Assembly: GCA_002633005.1 (NCBI GenBank)
Contig: NMRA01000203.1
Coordinates: 91,657 to 155,656, forward strand
Origin: Phoronis australis
Lineage: Eukaryota; Animalia; Phoronida
Length of the DNA: 64,000 nt
Direction: 5' to 3'
Shown piece by piece: positions 45,947 through 64,000 of this stretch. The translations under genes were made by a program, and so were the position numbers. Each line of letters opens with the position of its first letter. The first letter of the stretch is position 1. The notes under the pieces are model-generated. The model worked only from the letters and a program-made list of their open reading frames with translations, did no database searches and was not told where the DNA came from.

Positions 45947-46068
45947 CTCTAATAGTGACAGTTTTATATTTTTCCTTTTTTCAGTTTGAAACTCCAAGAT
46001 CCATTGACGTTAAAAGACTTAAATAAAGAGAACAGAAAATTAACAAATATCTCGAACTTCGGACTTGA
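45947..46068 (-). other. HEATR5B: Probable non-coding first exon of HEATR5 (5' boundary uncertain)
   Basis: Perfect minus-strand donor AG|GTAAGT at 45947/45946 next to the promoter-like segment. The acceptor 10 nt before the HEATR5 ATG requires an upstream exon. Confidence 0.55.
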
Positions 46069-46140
46069 CATGGGCGGATGTATAATATTGCGCATGCTCT
46101 ATTGCGTGACGTAAATAAAAATGTCTGCGCCCATGATAAA
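46060..46140. promoter_or_regulatory. Putative bidirectional promoter for HEATR5 and GPATCH11
   Basis: Short CpG-containing patch between divergent genes: GGGCGG (46072), TGCGCATGC NRF1-like (46089), TGACGTAA CRE/ATF-like (46107), inverted pair CATGGGCG (46069) / CGCCCATG (46128). Confidence 0.6.
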
Positions 46141-46201
46141 GCTGAAAAGAAAGTTTTCATTCCAATATTTTAATTTGTATGCAATGTATTGATTCTTGAA
46201 G

Positions 46202-58621
<12,420 letters not shown>

Positions 58622-59145
58622 CTCATACAGCAGGACTGCTAACAAAACATCCGTCCCTGTCGTAGACAAGATGCTCTGGTGATTGTCATTCATTGAACAG
58701 CAGGACGGCCATTGGATACAAAGATGCCCATTGTCTGGGTCGTGTCACACCACTGCAGTTCTCAGTACTATCTCGAAAACCGGACAGAAACTAAGCATTA
58801 TACAATGTCAGTTGTCGCATTCGAGATTTTTTGGTCGAAGCTGCCTGTGCCAGCCCACTTCAATATGTTAAGGCAGGATTGGGCATTCTGAGTACAAGTT
58901 TGGTGCGACCGAGGTTTTGTCTGATAAGTAGCTCGAACTACGATTCCAGTTGAGGTGCTGGTAATGGCTGGATATAATTTCCCCACATTTTGAGAGCCAG
59001 CTTTCTCCACTGAATAACAGGCATGAAAGTGGTTCTCAAAATATGAGAAGATTATATGTGTCTATTGCCAAGATGCTAGGTATTTTAGTTCTTTGGCTGC
59101 TTTATCCCATACGCGTTGAATCTGTCGAGGGAAATACGGCCATGT

Positions 59146-59151
59146 AATAAA
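59146..59151 (+). terminator. Candidate poly(A) signal for GPATCH11
   Basis: AATAAA about 525 nt after the stop codon; other AATAAA sites exist further downstream. Confidence 0.35.
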
Positions 59152-61085
59152 GTTTTCCGTATTCACCTCCCGCACTACTTCAACAGTGACCTCTGACATG
59201 GAAAGTTTAAAAGGTAGGTCATTGTTGACTTGACGTCTTCAACTGGTTCAATCATCAAACTTTCCGAATATAGTTTAAAGTAATACAGTTGCAGCAGTGT
59301 AACTAACACTCGACATGCAACCAGGCCCTAAACATAAAATCTTAAACAAAGCTGTTAATTATATGTCACTTATGTCTCAGTTTTCAATTGCTGAATACTA
59401 TATCGTCTGCAACTCAGGCGCCGATTCCTAGGAAACTACAATATCAAATATTGTTGTTTTTAACTATTTCCAGGAGATGTTACAAGTTCACTGCACCGTT
59501 GCCGTTGTTTGCATCTGTGTTACCTCTTTTCAAGAAATAAATCATTACTATTAAAACTGTTTCTTTTACAAGAGAAAACTTGCAACCTAACACGCAAGTA
59601 CATACATATAGGATGTGATCCGCCATATGAACAGTCTGGGTGAAGTATTTAAAAAATCTGCCGAAGAAATGTAAGAAACTTAAGAATTCGAAGCGCACAA
59701 GATAAATACATTCGGTCTCGGTCAATATGCGGAAAAATGTCCTGTGGGATATTACTTCATGTACGCCACTCTCGGTACGTTTTGTGTATGTATTAACTTG
59801 CTCAGACGTACTTAAATTTAAGCTTGAGTATTGAGTTGTGCTTGGTATCTGTAACTTGTACTGGTGGTCTCAAAATTAAGCAGGTGAGACTACTAGGGTG
59901 TGCAGGGATCAGTTTAGAAAAACGTGGGTAGTGGTGAATTGACTAGCACAGCTTCAAGTCTATGGACCAATTTGGAGAACATCTGGCTCGTGTTATTTTT
60001 CTGTCCTTTTCTGTTGCCAATGGCAGTACTTCAATAAAATTATCTTTGGCCCCAATGACGGGCACACACTCCTAAAATTATCCATGGGTGTATTACGCGT
60101 ACAGATCAAGTATCTGAGTAGAACCATGGACTTAAGTAACTTCTATAAGTGTTCTTAAATTTAAGCTAGTGAGCAAAACAATTCATTTTCATTGATATTG
60201 CACATTTACAAATGTGCCGGAGCAGTACACTAGGATTTTCAGAACTTGTTCAGATCTGCTTCAATTCAAGCCTGAGTACTGTGCTTTATATAAGTTGTAC
60301 AGACGAGCTTCAATTCAAGCCTGAGTACTGTGCTTTGTACAGACGAGCTACATTTTAAGCCACAGCTGGTGTTTGTTGGATGTTCACTGATATGCATAAA
60401 TTTAAACCAAAGTGGATTACTGGGATTTATAGAATTTACAGAATACTAGGTGCACAAATGGGATCTAAGGAACGTACGGTAGGGCTATAATTCATGGGCT
60501 GAAAATTAAGCCAGAGAGAAACATCTTAAGGGTTATGACCGATTTGCTTAAGCCAGACTTTACTGAAACTATTACGATACACAATGTCATGCGACTTGAA
60601 GCTGTTTCATTATTTATCTCCAAGGGCCTGAAAAATCGCAACCAAAAGAACTATGAACCCACCTTCTGTAAAACAAGAATTTTTTGTGTAAGACATTTGG
60701 TGCAATTAATTAATAAATCAACTTGTTCATTATTCCCATTATAGAAACTTCTTCAGGTTGGGAAGAATGGACAGTTGGTTCTTCGAAATCAAGTTCGATA
60801 AATTGGCTTGTCACGGCTTTTCATTGTACATGTATGCATACGCGGAGCATTGTCTCAGCTGCACACAACTAAACTGTCACTTCTTTTAAAGCCCGGAAAT
60901 CACCCCTCATCTGCATAAAAAGAAGTTCAGACGGTAAAAACGAAAAGTGATCTAAATGTCCAAGGTGGAGGGTTATAACTGCTTGAAAAATTCAGCTCTG
61001 AAAGTCCCAAAATCCGCACTTAAGGTGATTCTGCAAAATTCCCCGAGAAGTCATAAAGCTATCGTTTCACGACATTGAAAAAATA

Positions 61086-61210
61086 GGCAGAGTGGCCTAG
61101 TAGGACAAGTGTACGCTACCTTTACTGAAGGTGATGGGTTCCAGTCCTACTAGGGCACACGGTTAGACCCTCGAGTCATTGCTAATGCCTTAGATCGGTT
61201 TTAACTATAT
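61086..61210 (+). mobile_element. Possible degenerate tRNA-derived SINE head
   Basis: GAGTGGCCTAGTAGG (A-box-like) and GGGTTCCAGTCC (B-box-like) at tRNA-like spacing. Confidence 0.4.
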
Positions 61211-61636
61211 TACTAAATATAGTGGGAACATGAAGTGGGATTATTCTGATGTTTACAACTCATGAATTCAAGATTTGTTTTCAAGTGAATAATGGATAGT
61301 GTGGCTTGGCACCAAACAAGTTAATGAGCAAAAATAATTTCAATCATACTAAAATTTGGCAAATCCTATTCAATCAGAGTTAAAATTGTATTTAGGGACA
61401 TTGGAGAACAGAATTTGAGTCAATTTCTGTTCATGAGGCACCTGCAGTAAGGTACTGTGCAAGTCAATAGAATTCAGACAAAATTATCTGTTATTCCTAG
61501 CCATGAGGGTTGGGCGATTCATTAGTAGAGTACTGATCCTTACTGATGTCCAAGAGGAGGAGTAACAAGACATTAAGGTGGTGAAGCCATTCTCACACAA
61601 ATGAAAAGTTAACGTTCATAATAATTCAATGTTTCG

Positions 61637-61642
61637 TTTATT
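61637..61642 (-). terminator. Candidate poly(A) signal for TBCC
   Basis: AATAAA on the minus strand followed by U/GU-rich sequence; an alternative lies near 62176. Confidence 0.35.
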
Positions 61643-62524
61643 CATTAGATATCATCAGGATACAAACAAACAATGTGACAACAAGTGTCGACATATGAGT
61701 CGGGTTACATCCACGAAGTGAAAAGAGTGCAACAAGAACGACGGGAAATAGTAAACAGTTCATCATCAAAGCAACACACAATGACAATTACATCCAACCA
61801 GTAATCACTCAACTGAACAAAGCATTGGAAATTCCAGTGTCCCGCTGATTGAAACAAGGGACTGGTATTCGATTACAAGTGACTCCAACATTTCAAAGTG
61901 CTATTTATCACGTTAAAAATAGAGCATTTGTCTATTAACGCCATTAAAAACAAATGGAACGTTGTGTTAATTAACACACTCTGCTTCATGTACCATTTAC
62001 CTAAACGGTATGAGAATTTGCAAGAGGAGTTACGAAAATAAGACTTCTGTGATTTTCACGAAAAACATTAAAAGTTGAACAAAACAAAAAAAAACAAAAT
62101 AATTCAAAGAACTGTAAATTACATTGCAAAAATGCTTGTGAAGTTTCATGCTGAAAATTAATATCTAATAAAAGTTTTATTGATGAAATCATGCTCTGGA
62201 TGTACCCTACCTTTTGCTAAATTTTAATTGGTAAAAAGACATGGCCACATGGCCCAATCAATGGCAAACTTGTATAAAGTAAAAATCAAATTCTACAGAC
62301 TTTCTAGTTTCAGAAAAATTATACTTTTTCCTTTGGTAAATTTCATCATTTTGTAGATGTTCGGCTCAGTGCACAGACTTGCAAATAAGGTTCTATTGTG
62401 CCCAAAAATCGGTGATGTATGTTCTTCAGCAGCTTATTGACAGCCAAGCCTGGAAGAATGCATCTATATACATTTGATATGGCCTACCAGTTGAATACAT
62501 ACACAATATAAAGTGAGGTACAAC

Positions 62525-63547
62525 CTAATCCCATTTTGATACTCTCATACTCTCGTCCATAACATTCCAGTTTGGAGAACGTTTATCTTTTGCCAACCAG
62601 TTGAAATCATCAACATTGTCCCAGTTGTTGCGACTTTTGTCCAGCCCTGAGAACTTTAAGTCTTTCTCAAGATTGACATAACACCAATTATATGGTGCAA
62701 ATTCCACAGCACTGCAATCTTCGATGATAGCCCGACTAGTTACGTGGATGTAGAACTTTGACTTTGTCGTTGTATGTATGCGAAGCTGCTGGCATGCAAC
62801 CACAAACGTAGTTCCAACACAGTCATCAACGAATATAGAACCTGCTACAGGTCCACTGAACACTGTACAGTTGGTTAGTTTGTCAATGTGAATAGCACAA
62901 GGAGCCCCCTCCAACTTTACCACACAGTCAGTCAAATTAGACAGAGCAATGTCCTTGGATTCAATTTCCACTCCACAAAGCTTCAGTTGTTGAGAGTTAA
63001 TGTTTTTAAACCCACAGTCCGTTAGGGCAACACCAGGCTGCTCCTTATAACCCTTAGTGTTGATTACCAAGCCATCCTTGTTTGCAGAGTTCTCTACTTT
63101 TTTCTTAGATTTGAAAGCAAACTTTTTCTTTGGTAAAAGTGACTCGCGTTTGTCTTGCAAGCATTGGTTAAACTTAGCAACCACTTCCTGGGATGTTCTT
63201 ACTTCATAGGACGATAAAAATAATGCTGAATCCGTTACAACTTTTTGAAGATTTTGTATGGCTTTAGCTACGTAATCAAACTGACTCGAGAGCTCATTCT
63301 TAGGGATGACGTCACACTTAGCTAATCCATCCTCGACAATTTTACGAATGGCAGAGAAATTCTCACTAAAAACCTCTATGTTTTCTTCAGAAGATGAGAC
63401 CTTTTCTTTTTCGTCTCTCCTTTTACTGATACCATCTAACCTGTCCTCGTTTCGTTTTGCCAATCTGTCAGTTACAATTGCCTGCCTTTCTTCATAACTC
63501 AAAATATTCTTGCCGTCACCTGCTGAATCATTACCAACGTTCGCCAT
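62525..63547 (-). CDS. TBCC: Tubulin-specific chaperone C, intronless CDS, 340 aa
   Basis: Uninterrupted ORF with an N-terminal helical region, LLPKKKFAFK, and a C-CAP/cofactor-C beta-helix with CQQLRIH (catalytic Arg), HVTSRAIIEDC, FAPYNW and NNWDNVDDFNWL. First ATG is at 63547; the track start at 63595 is a TTG. Confidence 0.95.
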   Translation of the reverse strand: MANVGNDSAGDGKNILSYEERQAIVTDRLAKRNEDRLDGISKRRDEKEKVSSSEENIEVFSENFSAIRKIVEDGLAKCDVIPKNELSSQFDYVAKAIQNLQKVVTDSALFLSSYEVRTSQEVVAKFNQCLQDKRESLLPKKKFAFKSKKKVENSANKDGLVINTKGYKEQPGVALTDCGFKNINSQQLKLCGVEIESKDIALSNLTDCVVKLEGAPCAIHIDKLTNCTVFSGPVAGSIFVDDCVGTTFVVACQQLRIHTTTKSKFYIHVTSRAIIEDCSAVEFAPYNWCYVNLEKDLKFSGLDKSRNNWDNVDDFNWLAKDKRSPNWNVMDESMRVSKWD

Positions 63548-63759
63548 CTTCCAGGAAGAGGACTGCTCCAGGCAATTATAATCATTTTCCAACAATTTCG
63601 CATTTTCATATTTTTAAATTCTTTTCATACTAAATCTTTAATTTCACTATAGATGAAGTACAAAAGGTCCTAAGTTCTCTTTCTCTCTCTCTCTCTCTCT
63701 GTTGATTACTGAGGAACACATGTCATTGATTAAAGTTGGTTTAAGCGAACAAGGAAAAT

Positions 63760-64000
63760 AGGTCACGTTTTGCAATCCTTTCCATCACCAGCCGCGCCGG
63801 TAACCTGGTTCCCGGGCCTAACAAGATGACGTCACGGATAACTTGTGAAGGGACCCCAACCAACCTCGAGGGTCTGTGCAGGAGACTATTGCCGCGGTTG
63901 CCTTTCTCGCTGGCTCGCTGGATCCCTGCGTGCCGCTAGGTGGTCGGTACTAGTTTCCTAGTGTAGAAAACATGCGCGCACCTGGCGAGGGGGGGGGGGG
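63760..64000. promoter_or_regulatory. GC/CpG-rich promoter-like segment upstream of TBCC
   Basis: Local GC rise; TGACGTCA at 63827-63834; CATGCGCGCA NRF1-like near 63971; YY1-like AAGATGGCG overlaps the TBCC ATG. Confidence 0.4.

Noticed and set aside
63548-63595. 16-aa N-terminal extension of TBCC in the ORF track
   Set aside because: Starts at TTG; the first ATG, in good context (AAGATGG), is at 63547.

Overview
AT-rich animal (probably invertebrate bilaterian) genomic DNA, not prokaryotic; species not determinable. Three conserved genes were reconstructed by hand. (1) The 5' part of a HEATR5-family gene (HEATR5B-like) on the minus strand: 14 canonical coding exons (738 codons), a 33-nt in-frame candidate microexon at 776-808, and a probable non-coding first exon ending at 45947; the gene runs off the left edge. 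(2) A complete 7-exon GPATCH11/CCDC75-like gene on the plus strand (46202-58621, 261 aa), head-to-head with HEATR5 across a compact shared promoter, as in human. (3) An intronless TBCC CDS on the minus strand (62525-63547). The introns are packed with transposon debris: DINE-1/HINE-like elements, a 9-bp-TSD foldback MITE, a nested 1.15-kb palindrome, Academ, L2/Crack and Penelope remnants, tRNA-derived SINE heads and minisatellites. There are two N gaps. Most notable: a HINE-like family carrying phased CTCF-like motif arrays whose copies converge on the HEATR5/GPATCH11 promoter, a minimal hammerhead ribozyme next to a Penelope remnant, the HEATR5 microexon, and an orphan USP-type His-box fragment in an intron. 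All family assignments rest on recalled motifs; no searches were run.
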